IMG/VR virus record: IMGVR_UViG_3300025518_000002
Coordinates: 1-49,593 of that record
Length of the DNA stretch: 49,593 bases
Source of the DNA: a virus
Taxonomy: Duplodnaviria > Caudoviricetes
Direction: 5' to 3' (one strand)
In this document: one piece after another, positions 10,497-20,478 of the stretch
Numbering within the stretch: the stretch's first letter is position 1
Layout of the letters: each line of letters opens with the position of its first letter
Made by a program: the position numbers and the translations under genes
Notes under the pieces: model-generated
What the model saw: only the letters and a program-made list of their open reading frames with translations
Told to the model about the DNA's origin: nothing
Database searches by the model: none

Positions 10497-10517
10497 ATAT
10501 TTATCCTAAATATGTAT

Positions 10518-11018
10518 TTACTTATTCTTTTTATGCATCTCTGCAATATTGACTTTACCACGAACACCAACAATACCTTTTTCTTCTAATGCATCCCAAA
10601 GGTTACTGATAGCATTAACAGCAGGTTTAGCTTCTCTTTTAATACCAGCTACAGCCGTCGGAATTGCTTCTGCAACCTTTGCGGATTTACGCATTATATC
10701 TGCTGCATTATCAGAATCTTCATTACCAATCTGTTCAACTAACGATGCTGTAGTATTCAAAGCTTCAGCAGTTAGTTTTGCAATGCTTGGCTTTTTAATG
10801 TTTACAGTAACTTCTTCTGGTTCAACTGTTGTATTTGAATTATGTGTATTATTTGATGTTGATGTATTTGAATTTGATGTTGACATTAGTTGTATCGCTT
10901 TAGTTTTATGTTGAATAGCAAGAGAACCAGAAATTCCATCTTTGCCAGATTCTAATGATAAGGATGAAGGTCGTTGACCTGATCCTGTTATTCTAACGTT
11001 GATGGAAGGTGAGGCCAT
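10518..11018 (-). CDS. Hypothetical helical protein
   Basis: 166-aa ORF in operon. Confidence 0.55.
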   Translation of the reverse strand: MASPSINVRITGSGQRPSSLSLESGKDGISGSLAIQHKTKAIQLMSTSNSNTSTSNNTHNSNTTVEPEEVTVNIKKPSIAKLTAEALNTTASLVEQIGNEDSDNAADIMRKSAKVAEAIPTAVAGIKREAKPAVNAISNLWDALEEKGIVGVRGKVNIAEMHKKNK

Positions 11019-11024
11019 TTTACT

Positions 11025-11507
11025 TTAACGTAATCCGCCATAAGAATGTAGAATCCACCATTGTTTTCTTGTAGATGAATCCCACATAGTTGTTGTACCA
11101 TATACATCAACACCATTAATTTTTCCCCAACCACCACCAGATTTAATTACAGAATTTGGAAACCAATCAAATTTCTTTAGTTCATCTTCTGTAACTTCAG
11201 CACGATTTCCATTAGCAAGAGATCGTTCAACTTCTTGTTTTCTAGTAAACTTTTTAGTTGAATGTGATTCAACCATATTCCCAAGACCTTGACGACGCTT
11301 AATCTCTTTCATAGCCAAACTACGTTCACGCTTGGTAGTCGCTTCTTTCCAGACGCGATACAGAACGTAGTTATCTAAATCTTTGACGTTTGAGGCTGTT
11401 ACAGTTAGTCCGTGTGACATATTTCTACTAGACATATCATAATCTCTTGCTAATTGAGAGTGTATTTTAGCTTGTTCATTATGAAAATACTGTTGCTCTC
11501 TATTCAT
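11025..11507 (-). CDS. Basic hypothetical protein; frame stays open upstream to ~11660 (see findings)
   Basis: 160-aa ORF plus an in-frame His/Ala-rich upstream extension. Confidence 0.6.
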   Translation of the reverse strand: MNREQQYFHNEQAKIHSQLARDYDMSSRNMSHGLTVTASNVKDLDNYVLYRVWKEATTKRERSLAMKEIKRRQGLGNMVESHSTKKFTRKQEVERSLANGNRAEVTEDELKKFDWFPNSVIKSGGGWGKINGVDVYGTTTMWDSSTRKQWWILHSYGGLR

Positions 11508-11669
11508 TGTACTTCCGGCAGCTTCAAGATGAGCTTTTTCAGCTAATCTATGTGCTTTAGAAGAAGTACCTTGAAGGTTAGCATAATCTGTTGCTTCTTT
11601 AGCTTTTATTTCATAGTAACTGTAAGGAGGTACCTGTCTAGATGATCCTGTTTTTAAATATCATCTCAA

Positions 11670-12392
11670 TCACACATACGGATTAGGTTTATAATCCGCT
11701 CCCATTTCATCGAATAAAACATCCATAGGGAAGCCTTTACCAGGATCGGTGTGACCTCCAGCAATCTTAAACGCTTTAGTTAATTCGTGATGCGTCGTAA
11801 TACCATGAGCATTATTACCTAATTTAGCAATTTCTTCAGAATCTAAAAATTCAATTGGTATATTGTACTTTTTACACCAATTAGATATTACAGCTGCACC
11901 TTTTTTAATCTCAGCAAGATGATTCATCCATTCATCTCGCGTCCATTTAGCGTAACCTGTAAATTCAATATGCAAACCATCTTCGTTCGCTCGACCACCT
12001 TTTGCACCCCAAGGGATCAAGCTATCTGGAAGTGTACGATAACATTCTTTATCGTCTACAACTATATGAGCACTTCCGCCACTAGCATCATTCGCAAACC
12101 AACCGGCAGCCCCGGCCGCTGTTCCGCCTTCTGTAGAATGTATAACAATCAATCGTATTTTAGAATCCTGACGAGAGCTACCTTTTTTAGTTGCAGTAAA
12201 TTTTGTACTGCAATCTGGTAATGGTAGATCTTTTTTATTAATACCAAGACCGATAGATCCGTCAGATCCACCATTTTTATCATCCGATGAACCATCATCA
12301 GACATAGATAAACCTTTTTTAGCTTTAGTAAAAAGAATAATAGCCGCTCCGGCTATTATTCCAACCGTAGCGGCTATTATTCCAGGTTTCAT
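11670..12392 (-). CDS. N-acetylmuramoyl-L-alanine amidase (Amidase_2) with N-terminal TM anchor
   Basis: IRLIVIHSTEG, SAHIVVD, HIEF, THHEL, HTDPG zinc-amidase motifs. Confidence 0.9.
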   Translation of the reverse strand: MKPGIIAATVGIIAGAAIILFTKAKKGLSMSDDGSSDDKNGGSDGSIGLGINKKDLPLPDCSTKFTATKKGSSRQDSKIRLIVIHSTEGGTAAGAAGWFANDASGGSAHIVVDDKECYRTLPDSLIPWGAKGGRANEDGLHIEFTGYAKWTRDEWMNHLAEIKKGAAVISNWCKKYNIPIEFLDSEEIAKLGNNAHGITTHHELTKAFKIAGGHTDPGKGFPMDVLFDEMGADYKPNPYV

Positions 12393-12407
12393 TTTTAACC
12401 TATTTTA

Positions 12408-12563
12408 TCACTTTTTGCTAGACTTCTTTCGAGGCTTCTGTCCAAAAGATCCAATCTGACTAGGATCTGACTTTCGACGATTTTTAATTATTCGACCAAG
12501 CTTATTATATCGTTTCTCAAGAATATCTAACGGAATGTGACCTTTTGCTTTTTTAGCAGCCAT
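12408..12563 (-). CDS. Small highly basic protein, possibly DNA-condensing
   Basis: Manual translation, 51 aa, MAAKKAKGHIPLDILEKRYNKLGRIIKNRRK...; GGAGG upstream. Confidence 0.7.
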   Translation of the reverse strand: MAAKKAKGHIPLDILEKRYNKLGRIIKNRRKSDPSQIGSFGQKPRKKSSKK

Positions 12564-12646
12564 AAATTCGTAACCTCCTATACTATCTTACACTATTTAC
12601 GGTTTCAGATCAAGCGGATTTTAACTGACTAACAACAAAAAACATT

Positions 12647-13507
12647 TTAATCAACAAAAATCCAATATAGAATTCCACCAACAATACCAATTGTTACAGC
12701 AATAACTCCTGGTTTTTTAGCAACATTTTTTACCGCATCAGATATTTTTGATGCAGTAGTTGTTGGTCTATCATCACCACCAAGATCTTCAATTACTGAA
12801 CTTCCACCAGATGGTGTTGGAGTATCTTTTGTTCCTGATTCAATAGGCTTACTTTTAGATCCTGTATCTTTTGAATAAGCGTTAGAATCTGCTACAGGAA
12901 GAGATTCTCCTTCTTTTGGAGGAGGAGGAGGCTTTACGAAAACCATAGGTTGTTCACCTAAAGCTTTAGCTACAGCATTAGCTCCACCTTGAAGGAACTT
13001 AGCGTAAGCAAGAATACGATAATAGTAGTCTTGTGGACTAAATTGAACAGTACCTTCTGGTGCTAAACTATATTTATGACCAGGAGGAAAACCTGTATAG
13101 TAAGATGGTTTAGATGTTCCAGGACCATCTCTCCATAAAGAACGTGCGTAACCCCAAGCATCTCCAGATTCAGCAAATGGCAAAACTTTATAGTTGTTAA
13201 TTACAAGATTAGAAAATTGTTTTGCGCCTGATTCTGGACTAATATTCCAGGCGCCTTTCATTGTTATTGGTTTACCTTCAAATGTATCTCCTACAGGAAT
13301 TGTAGGAGGATCATGATCTCCATTTGCGTATATAGCACCCCAATTGTTGCTATTACTACCATCTGGAGTTGAAAAATGATTTCCAAAATCACTTTCAGAT
13401 TTAGCTTGACCTAAAAGCATCTGACGTGCAGCGCGATTAAGATCTGGACGAACAGCATCTAACGCTACGGCTGCGCGAGGTATAGTTGTAGGATATTTTG
13501 TTGCCAT
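12647..13507 (-). CDS. Lysozyme/glucosaminidase-like protein with linker and C-terminal TM
   Basis: GQAKSESDFG...SNNWGAI resembles the AQAxxES/NNxFG pattern; start moved to MATKYP because the upstream part overlaps the previous gene. Confidence 0.55.
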   Translation of the reverse strand: MATKYPTTIPRAAVALDAVRPDLNRAARQMLLGQAKSESDFGNHFSTPDGSNSNNWGAIYANGDHDPPTIPVGDTFEGKPITMKGAWNISPESGAKQFSNLVINNYKVLPFAESGDAWGYARSLWRDGPGTSKPSYYTGFPPGHKYSLAPEGTVQFSPQDYYYRILAYAKFLQGGANAVAKALGEQPMVFVKPPPPPKEGESLPVADSNAYSKDTGSKSKPIESGTKDTPTPSGGSSVIEDLGGDDRPTTTASKISDAVKNVAKKPGVIAVTIGIVGGILYWIFVD

Positions 13508-13521
13508 TTTATACTCCACTA

Positions 13522-13971
13522 TTACGACATTAACGTCCAAACAAACATCATAACAAATGGAGCTGCAACCATAGAACCTACAGCGAATCCTAACCAATCA
13601 AACAATATATATCCAACAGTAGGTGGTCCGATTATCATACTACCAATAACAACTATTCCAGCAGCCTTACCAATTGTAGATGTTACTCTTTTTGATATCG
13701 CGTGCGATTCGCTGTATATTGTACCATCATCTTTGTAACTGTATTTATACTCTTCGCTTTTATTCTTTTTTTCTTTTTCATCAACAATAGAAGCTTTATC
13801 GATATATTCTTTTGAATTACCGACTAAAGTTTTACGACCAATTCCTAGTTTACCTACATTTACTATAGGTTGACTGAAATCTATATCTTTGCTTTTACGA
13901 CGCATTTGTGTTGCGTGTATATCCGCAAGGATAGTTGATGATAGAGATCTATTTAATTGAAGTTGAATCAT
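13522..13971 (-). CDS. Membrane protein, two C-terminal TM segments
   Basis: Hydrophobic C-terminal third. Confidence 0.6.
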   Translation of the reverse strand: MIQLQLNRSLSSTILADIHATQMRRKSKDIDFSQPIVNVGKLGIGRKTLVGNSKEYIDKASIVDEKEKKNKSEEYKYSYKDDGTIYSESHAISKRVTSTIGKAAGIVVIGSMIIGPPTVGYILFDWLGFAVGSMVAAPFVMMFVWTLMS

Positions 13972-14132
13972 TAGTATTTCAATAATGGAAATAATATAGA
14001 TCCAACTATTAATATTGGAACAGCTATTAATATTGCTGTATAGATATTCTTTTCAGATTCTTTTGTAGTTGCTCCAACTTTAACTTTTGCTGCTTTATCT
14101 GCTAGTACGGATGATTTGTTTAGATTCATCAT
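13971..14132 (-). CDS. Small membrane protein, C-terminal TM
   Basis: Manual translation, 53 aa: MMNLNKSSVLADKAAKVKVGATTKESEKNIYTAILIAVPILIVGSILFPLLKY. Confidence 0.65.
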   Translation of the reverse strand: MMNLNKSSVLADKAAKVKVGATTKESEKNIYTAILIAVPILIVGSILFPLLKY

Positions 14133-14143
14133 TTTTTTTATCT

Positions 14144-14422
14144 TTATGGCTTTTGACAGCAGAAAGTTAGTAGATCATTTGTCATTCGATAACAGTTTTT
14201 ATTATCAATTACTAATTCAACATTAGAAGACCAAGACTTATCGTAATGCTTAGTTTGACACTTTACAGGAAATGGATAAGGATTTTTTCCATCATACGTA
14301 AAATCATTACAGTTAAATTCGTTACTATAACAACAGTCGTCTATACATTTATTTTGAATGTTTTCAACATCAACACTAGAACATCCAAAAAACAAAACAA
14401 AAGAGATAAAAACAATACGCAT
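14144..14422 (-). CDS. Cys-rich putative lipoprotein
   Basis: MRIVFISFVLFFG-C lipobox-like signal. Confidence 0.55.
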   Translation of the reverse strand: MRIVFISFVLFFGCSSVDVENIQNKCIDDCCYSNEFNCNDFTYDGKNPYPFPVKCQTKHYDKSWSSNVELVIDNKNCYRMTNDLLTFCCQKP

Positions 14423-14429
14423 AATAACC

Positions 14430-16358
14430 TCACATTGATATTGGATTAATTTTGATTTTTTTGTTGTTAACAGGATTAATTGATCCTGTTCGTTCAGATA
14501 TTATCTGAAAACCAGTTAAAATAATATCTAGATAATTTAATTGACGAGCATTAGATATGCAATTTGCAGCATACTCGTATCCAGTTTCTTCATCTGGACC
14601 AATTCTAGAATTCCAACCTCTATAACCTTTTGCATCTTGCTCAAATGTAAATCCACCATTTGCTGTACTTCCAAACAATGCAGTAGATCCAGATCCAGTT
14701 TTCAAATATCCAACATGACTATTTGTAGCTAGACCCTTAAACCGATTCCATCCTTGCGATCTATTCCAAAGTTCTGTTGTAAAACTAACAACATCTTCAC
14801 CAATAGATTTAGCTAGAACACAACCTACTAAGTAGACTTGCTCATCGCTAGCAAGGTTTCTTCTACCCCAATCGCTATTATCAACATAGTTGATTGCGCT
14901 TTGAACATCTACATCTGTGCTAGAAAGTGAAGCTAACAAAGCGAAGAATGATCGTAATAATTCTTTTGCGCTATTTGGAAGAACTAATGTTTTCTTTATA
15001 TTTGAATTGTATATTTTATTATAAAATTTTAGATCGTCTAAGCTTGTAATACCATTATCAAGAGTGTGTAATGGATACGGAATACTAAATCCAATACTAG
15101 ATATTAGAGCAACACGTAATTCGTCTGCTGTTCCTTCAGCAATTGATGCGGCGCGTTTATATTCAGCATTCCAACTTGCAGGCATCCAACGTAGAAATGC
15201 GGCGTAAACTTCAGCGAATGCAATTACAAATCCATTTTTAGTGTATCTAGCATATTCAGAAATTTTGTTTGCCCACCATTCTTGACGACTTTTAAGGTTG
15301 TCGCCAACTTTTTCTAGAGCTTTTGATCCAAAAGCGTCAGCAGTAGATATTAAAATATCAGCAGCCGGCATTACCTTTGGTTTAGTAGCTTGAGCGTTTT
15401 TATGCATAAATTCAGCTCTGATTCTTCCATCTTTTGGAAGAGCCATAAGTGTATTTATGTTAGTTTTATTGACTTCAGGCCAACAAGCTCCATCTATTGC
15501 ATAAGGATCGATAAACTTTTGACCACGATTATTAAGCTTATCAGAAGGAATATTTGTGTTTGATTCCCAAACACTAATCTCTAAAGCACTTACTGTTTTT
15601 ACGAATCCTGGTTCAAGTTTAATCTTTGTAGTTAATACTACCGATGTTCCAGCAACTAAAAGAGGTATTGCTGCAATAAAAATTGGTGCACCTAAAGCTA
15701 ACGCCGCTCCACCAATTGTTATTCCAAACATAATTTTGGCGACAGGAGAAATTTCAAAAGATGTATTATCAGCTAAACTAACACCACCAACATCTGCGTA
15801 AACATCAGTTAGATCTTCTGTATAGAATTTTCCAACTCCAACTGATGTTTTACTTTTACCATTAAGCAGCAAAAGCTGCTTTTGAAACTTCTTTATGATG
15901 TAGTTTTCTTTTTTTCCATGCTCCACCATTTTATCATCCGGTGGAAGTTGTCCTTTAGATACATAAGGATATATATATATGTCATGTTCCTTTTTAAGGT
16001 TCATGACATAATCTGCTAACTTTAGACGCTCTTTTTCATCAGGAACCATTTGCTTAGACATAGAAATTGTCATAAGCATAGGAAAGAGCTTATCGTCTTC
16101 CTGCTTTGCGTGAAGGTACCAATCGTTTGGAGTCTCTATATAGTCTTTATCTTGCGAACGTGAATGCATATTCGCAACATAGTTTAGTCCTAGTTCAAGT
16201 AATATACTTTTAACTTTAGCATCATCAGCACAAGCGCATCCTGATGTTTTAGTGCTGATTTTACCAACACGAACATCAGATAAAACTGTTGATCTGATTT
16301 GCTTTATCATAACATTAATCCTGAAATCTACTCTACTTCGCTGTAATCTTCGTACCAA
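14430..16358 (-). CDS. Large putative virion protein with internal TM
   Basis: 642 aa; hydrophobic segment IMFGITIGGAALALGAPIFIAAIPLLV; true start may be MIKQIR. Confidence 0.6.
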   Translation of the reverse strand: MVRRLQRSRVDFRINVMIKQIRSTVLSDVRVGKISTKTSGCACADDAKVKSILLELGLNYVANMHSRSQDKDYIETPNDWYLHAKQEDDKLFPMLMTISMSKQMVPDEKERLKLADYVMNLKKEHDIYIYPYVSKGQLPPDDKMVEHGKKENYIIKKFQKQLLLLNGKSKTSVGVGKFYTEDLTDVYADVGGVSLADNTSFEISPVAKIMFGITIGGAALALGAPIFIAAIPLLVAGTSVVLTTKIKLEPGFVKTVSALEISVWESNTNIPSDKLNNRGQKFIDPYAIDGACWPEVNKTNINTLMALPKDGRIRAEFMHKNAQATKPKVMPAADILISTADAFGSKALEKVGDNLKSRQEWWANKISEYARYTKNGFVIAFAEVYAAFLRWMPASWNAEYKRAASIAEGTADELRVALISSIGFSIPYPLHTLDNGITSLDDLKFYNKIYNSNIKKTLVLPNSAKELLRSFFALLASLSSTDVDVQSAINYVDNSDWGRRNLASDEQVYLVGCVLAKSIGEDVVSFTTELWNRSQGWNRFKGLATNSHVGYLKTGSGSTALFGSTANGGFTFEQDAKGYRGWNSRIGPDEETGYEYAANCISNARQLNYLDIILTGFQIISERTGSINPVNNKKIKINPISM

Positions 16359-16711
16359 CTAGCTTCACTAACTTCTACTTTTGCAGGTAAAGCTTTTTCG
16401 TGTTCTGGAAGCATATGTCGCATCGACTCCGGTAACGGAGGAGCATTATAAACATCATCTTTAATTCCAAGCTTATTAATTACTTTAGTATAAGCTAGTG
16501 GAAACTTAATGAACAATTCATTTCTGTCAGCTTCAAAAGCTTCAATAGTTTCGTATTGCTGAACAATTACACCAGATGTTCTAACTTTACCATTCTTAGT
16601 TTCACGAACAGCTTGACCTTTGGCTACTAGAGTAATTGTATCGCCATCTCGATAGACATCTACTCCAGCTTCAGTTTGCTTTACACCAAGCTTTAATAGT
16701 AAATTACTCAT
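16328..16711 (-). CDS. Hypothetical protein
   Basis: 127-aa ORF with its own promoter-like site. Confidence 0.6.
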   Translation of the reverse strand: MSNLLLKLGVKQTEAGVDVYRDGDTITLVAKGQAVRETKNGKVRTSGVIVQQYETIEAFEADRNELFIKFPLAYTKVINKLGIKDDVYNAPPLPESMRHMLPEHEKALPAKVEVSEASWYEDYSEVE

Positions 16712-16717
16712 ATCGAT

Positions 16718-16746
16718 ATTATACCAATCATTGTCAGTATTTTCAA
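16718..16746 (-). promoter_or_regulatory. Sigma-70-type promoter, probably leaderless transcript
   Basis: TTGAAA-17 nt-TATAAT ending 6 nt before ATG 16711. Confidence 0.6.
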
Positions 16747-16749
16747 AAG

Positions 16750-17805
16750 TTATTCAAGCAAATCACGCTTAAGCGAGTTTGTAATCAAACGTAATTCAGT
16801 AACAGCTTCACTAAATGTGTCGCCATATTTATCTTGAATGTTTTTAGCAGCATCATTTAGACGATCTATACTAACTGACAATCCTGGACCATCATAAGCT
16901 AGATGAATTGCTGGAATACCATCTCCACCAATACCGATTGCTCCAACCTTTTTCAATCGAAGAGCGGCAGCTTTAGCGATATCTACATCGTATCCACTAT
17001 TAGGAAGACTCATAATTGACGGCCAATCAGATTCTGCTCTAATTTGTGTAGCTGTTTTTACAGATGTATCCAATGATGATGCGATAGCATTCTTAACCTT
17101 CATCGCAACATCACGAAGTATATTTTCAGCTTTAGTAGCTTTGTACTTCGCAGCGACATCAGCATAAGCTAAAATCTTACCAGATTCATATGGAAACTTT
17201 GTATAATCAACAGTAGAATTTTGCGATTGCTTTATGATATCAATAATAGCAACCTTATCAGGTTCAGATGCTCCGTTAAGAGATGTACGAATTTCACCAG
17301 CAAATATCGCTGATACTACATCTTTACCTAACAGAAGTCCAGTTTTTCGCTTTTCAATCAATGCATCTTCAATTGGTTTCTTTTGATCTTTACAACCATT
17401 TTTATCTAGAGTTGCGACAAGTTTAGTCGCACCATCAATAGATAGCTTACCGGACTTAATGTCATTTACAGCAACAGTTACCTGTTCTGGTGTTGGACAT
17501 TTAGTCTCTTCGGCTTTTTCTTTAGCTTTCTTTTCGTCAATTACAGCTTTATTTATTTCTGCAATCTTATCGTTAATTTCGTTATATGCACAAGTGAAAC
17601 CTTCGTCTTTGGCATTCTTAGCGAATGTCTGGAGCTTAGGAATGTTTTTATCAGAAATAGCTTTTAATACTTCTGACTTTTTAGGTTCTGGAAGTTCTGA
17701 TATACACGCATCCTTCATAAGGATCTTTTTACCCATATCAGAATAGTAAAAAGCAGTTCCGCCAGCTACAGCTAAACCTAATATCCACCATATTACGCTA
17801 GGCAT
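16750..17805 (-). CDS. N-terminally anchored helical membrane protein
   Basis: MPSVIWWILGLAVAGGTAFYY then K/A-rich helices. Confidence 0.65.
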   Translation of the reverse strand: MPSVIWWILGLAVAGGTAFYYSDMGKKILMKDACISELPEPKKSEVLKAISDKNIPKLQTFAKNAKDEGFTCAYNEINDKIAEINKAVIDEKKAKEKAEETKCPTPEQVTVAVNDIKSGKLSIDGATKLVATLDKNGCKDQKKPIEDALIEKRKTGLLLGKDVVSAIFAGEIRTSLNGASEPDKVAIIDIIKQSQNSTVDYTKFPYESGKILAYADVAAKYKATKAENILRDVAMKVKNAIASSLDTSVKTATQIRAESDWPSIMSLPNSGYDVDIAKAAALRLKKVGAIGIGGDGIPAIHLAYDGPGLSVSIDRLNDAAKNIQDKYGDTFSEAVTELRLITNSLKRDLLE

Positions 17806-17806
17806 T

Positions 17807-18028
17807 TTATTTACCGTATTTCTTTGCTGTAGTAGAATCAAATACGTGTCTAATTTTACCAGATTCTGTATTCTTTATCTCTACAGCAAGAGCATTGAAT
17901 TTATTAATCCAATGATTTGCCAGCTTATTTGCATCTTTTAGAGATTCAACGTAACTAGGTTGAGAATCTGATTTAATTTCCCTACCAGTAATTTTATCTC
18001 TATAAAATAATGTTGTTACAGAGAACAT
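17807..18028 (-). CDS. Hypothetical protein
   Basis: 73-aa ORF tightly packed in operon. Confidence 0.55.
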   Translation of the reverse strand: MFSVTTLFYRDKITGREIKSDSQPSYVESLKDANKLANHWINKFNALAVEIKNTESGKIRHVFDSTTAKKYGK

Positions 18029-18655
18029 TTACTGTACTCCATTAAAGTCAAATCCAGATGTCGCACTTGATGTAGTAATCAAATCTACATCATCTTCGTC
18101 TTCTTCGTATATATGACCAGAAGTTTCAACCATCATTCTAGAATCTGGAGGATACGGAAGATATCCACCTTTAGCTATTCCACGCTGATCAACCCAAGCA
18201 TTCATTGTTTGTGGAATGAATATCTTAGTTCCTTCAGCTAATGAACCTACAGCAAAATCCCAAGCGTTGTCACCTAGAACTTCGCCCATCTTTCCTTTTT
18301 TAGGAATCTCCGGGTTAGCTACTAAAAGCTCTGCGTATCTAGATGAATCTCCAACGATCTTTTGCGATATAGTTCCAGTGGTATCTCCAGCTTTAACTAG
18401 ATAACACCATCGAAAGAATGGAGATGATTGAACACCAGAACTAGGTTCACGTTTTCCGCCAGCCGGATTACCATCTCCACAAGCAACTAAAGTTATAGTC
18501 CCACCATTTCCCATGGTAAGCTCTTTAACTTTATCTTTAGCGGAGATTAGTTTGCTTTTAGTTTTATCGTAGAATGTTGGTGCGTATTTCTTTACGACAA
18601 CATATCCGCCGACTAAAGCAAGTATCCAAACTGCAACTTTTCCTAGTGTTCCCAT
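18029..18655 (-). CDS. LysM-domain protein with N-terminal TM
   Basis: YLVKAGDTTGTISQKIVGDSSRYAELLVANP...GTKIFIP. Confidence 0.8.
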   Translation of the reverse strand: MGTLGKVAVWILALVGGYVVVKKYAPTFYDKTKSKLISAKDKVKELTMGNGGTITLVACGDGNPAGGKREPSSGVQSSPFFRWCYLVKAGDTTGTISQKIVGDSSRYAELLVANPEIPKKGKMGEVLGDNAWDFAVGSLAEGTKIFIPQTMNAWVDQRGIAKGGYLPYPPDSRMMVETSGHIYEEDEDDVDLITTSSATSGFDFNGVQ

Positions 18656-18657
18656 AA

Positions 18658-19242
18658 TTACATTCCCAATTCTTTAGATGGGTCTTCAATCAAGACACCA
18701 TTATAACGTTCAACTGTATTAGGATATTTGTTTAGACCTTCAGGCCATTTACAAACAACATGATACAGATGTCGTCGACGCTTTTGTCCAAGTTCGTCTT
18801 TTATCCAATCGCGACGCAAAAAGACATAAGGCGAGACTTCGGGACTAATGAAGCCTCGCCCATTACAACGCGGACATGTCACTTTCCGCGCGCTTTGACC
18901 AACCTTGAATATGACATTAGCTTCCGCGGCTCGCCACGAAGCTAAATCTTCACAATCAGCTAAACAGACACCATTTTGTTTAGTGTCTAATATAGTTGGT
19001 ATGTCTGCCCACTTGTCGTCTCCGCACACTGAACCTTCTTCAGGTTCAAGTTCGTCATACCGAAGACCACCTTGTTGAGCAAGTGCGTATAACCTTGGAG
19101 TTTTAACTGGAAAACGTCGAAGGTGCGCTGAATTGATATTCACAAGGGCTTCAAGTAGAAACCCCATAGATTCAATTCCTATTTTTAGTGCTACAGGTTC
19201 ATCTCTACCAATAGCACTTACACTAAATGTCGGCTCGTACAT
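18658..19242 (-). CDS. Transglutaminase-like cysteine protease candidate
   Basis: ADCEDLA (Cys), YHVV (His), IEDPS (Asp); inserted CPRCNGRG knuckle. Confidence 0.7.
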   Translation of the reverse strand: MYEPTFSVSAIGRDEPVALKIGIESMGFLLEALVNINSAHLRRFPVKTPRLYALAQQGGLRYDELEPEEGSVCGDDKWADIPTILDTKQNGVCLADCEDLASWRAAEANVIFKVGQSARKVTCPRCNGRGFISPEVSPYVFLRRDWIKDELGQKRRRHLYHVVCKWPEGLNKYPNTVERYNGVLIEDPSKELGM

Positions 19243-19273
19243 GATAAGGCTCCTTTAACGTGCCTTAACATGA

Positions 19274-19630
19274 TTATAGAGGAAGACGACAAATAGTTAC
19301 TTCGCAATTTACGAAATCTTCACTACGAGCGGCAGCATCACTATTTACATAAATGTGGACAATTGTATTTCCACCAAAAGCTGTAAATGTTACTACTACA
19401 GCACGAGTATCTCCGGCAGCGTTATACGCTCTTGCGTTTACAGAGATATTTTGTTCATCTATTCCGCCAGGAACAGTTACAAAGTATTCTCCTAAAGCAT
19501 CAGTTTCTGGTAATCCTGGAGTTGTATCTCCATAACAATTACGCATGTACGCAGATGTACAAGGTAATGGAAATACTCCTGGAGTGAAAACTGTTGAAGC
19601 TATTAATCCGTCTACTAATGTGTTACTCAT
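19274..19630 (-). CDS. Small beta-rich virion protein, paralog 3 of 3
   Basis: Shares ASTVFTP, AYMRNC, ARAYNAAGD and NCEVTICRLPL with its neighbours. Confidence 0.7.
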   Translation of the reverse strand: MSNTLVDGLIASTVFTPGVFPLPCTSAYMRNCYGDTTPGLPETDALGEYFVTVPGGIDEQNISVNARAYNAAGDTRAVVVTFTAFGGNTIVHIYVNSDAAARSEDFVNCEVTICRLPL

Positions 19631-19652
19631 TTACCTACTCCAAAGATGTCTA

Positions 19653-20012
19653 TCAGAGCGGTAGACGGCAAATTGTTACTTCGCAATTAACGAAATCTTC
19701 GCTATCAGCGGCTGCGTCGTTTTTTACGAAAATTCCTACATTACAATTTCCACCAAGAAAGTTTGTGAATCTAACTGTAACATTTCTTGTATCACCAGCA
19801 GCATTGTATGCTCTTGCTGTTACAGAAATTCTTTGTTCATCAAGATTTCCTGGAACAACAATTAAATACTGTCCAGCAGCTATTGTATCAGGAACTAAAG
19901 GATCTACGGTTCCATAACAATTACGCATGTATGCAGATGTACACGCATCCGGTGCTACACCTGGAGTGAATACTGTTGAAGCTATTAATCCGTCTATTAG
20001 AGTATTACTCAT
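19653..20012 (-). CDS. Small beta-rich virion protein, paralog 2 of 3
   Basis: Same shared motifs; AGGAGG upstream. Confidence 0.7.
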   Translation of the reverse strand: MSNTLIDGLIASTVFTPGVAPDACTSAYMRNCYGTVDPLVPDTIAAGQYLIVVPGNLDEQRISVTARAYNAAGDTRNVTVRFTNFLGGNCNVGIFVKNDAAADSEDFVNCEVTICRLPL

Positions 20013-20041
20013 TTTTACCTCCTAATAGTTAAAACCAACTA

Positions 20042-20380
20042 TCAGAGAGGTAGACGAGCTAGAGTTACTTCGACGTTTACGCAATCATCAGAAGCTACAC
20101 CAGCATCTGTCTTAATGAAAATATCTAACTGTGTTCCGCCAGCAACTAATGTTGGAACAACAGTAACTAGACGGTTATCTCCAGCAGCATTATAAGCGCG
20201 AGCGGTAATTGACTGGCGCTTAAGCTCAACCTGATCTGGACAAACTACACGATATTGACCTGCCGCAATTCTAGTTGGAAGAGTAGTTGTGCTTCCAGCG
20301 CAATTACGAACATACGCATCAGCGACAGGTGTAGCAGGAGTAAAAATTGTCGAAGCAACCACATCACGTGTTCCGCGCAT
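20042..20380 (-). CDS. Small beta-rich virion protein, paralog 1 of 3
   Basis: ASTIFTP, AYVRNC, ARAYNAAGD, NVEVTLARLPL. Confidence 0.7.
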   Translation of the reverse strand: MRGTRDVVASTIFTPATPVADAYVRNCAGSTTTLPTRIAAGQYRVVCPDQVELKRQSITARAYNAAGDNRLVTVVPTLVAGGTQLDIFIKTDAGVASDDCVNVEVTLARLPL

Positions 20381-20478
20381 TTGAAGCTCTCTTTCTATTA
20401 TCTAGCGTTGACCAAACTAAAATACGGTTTGGCTCGTTTTATATATAAAAAAGATAATATCAATACAATAAAAAATCT

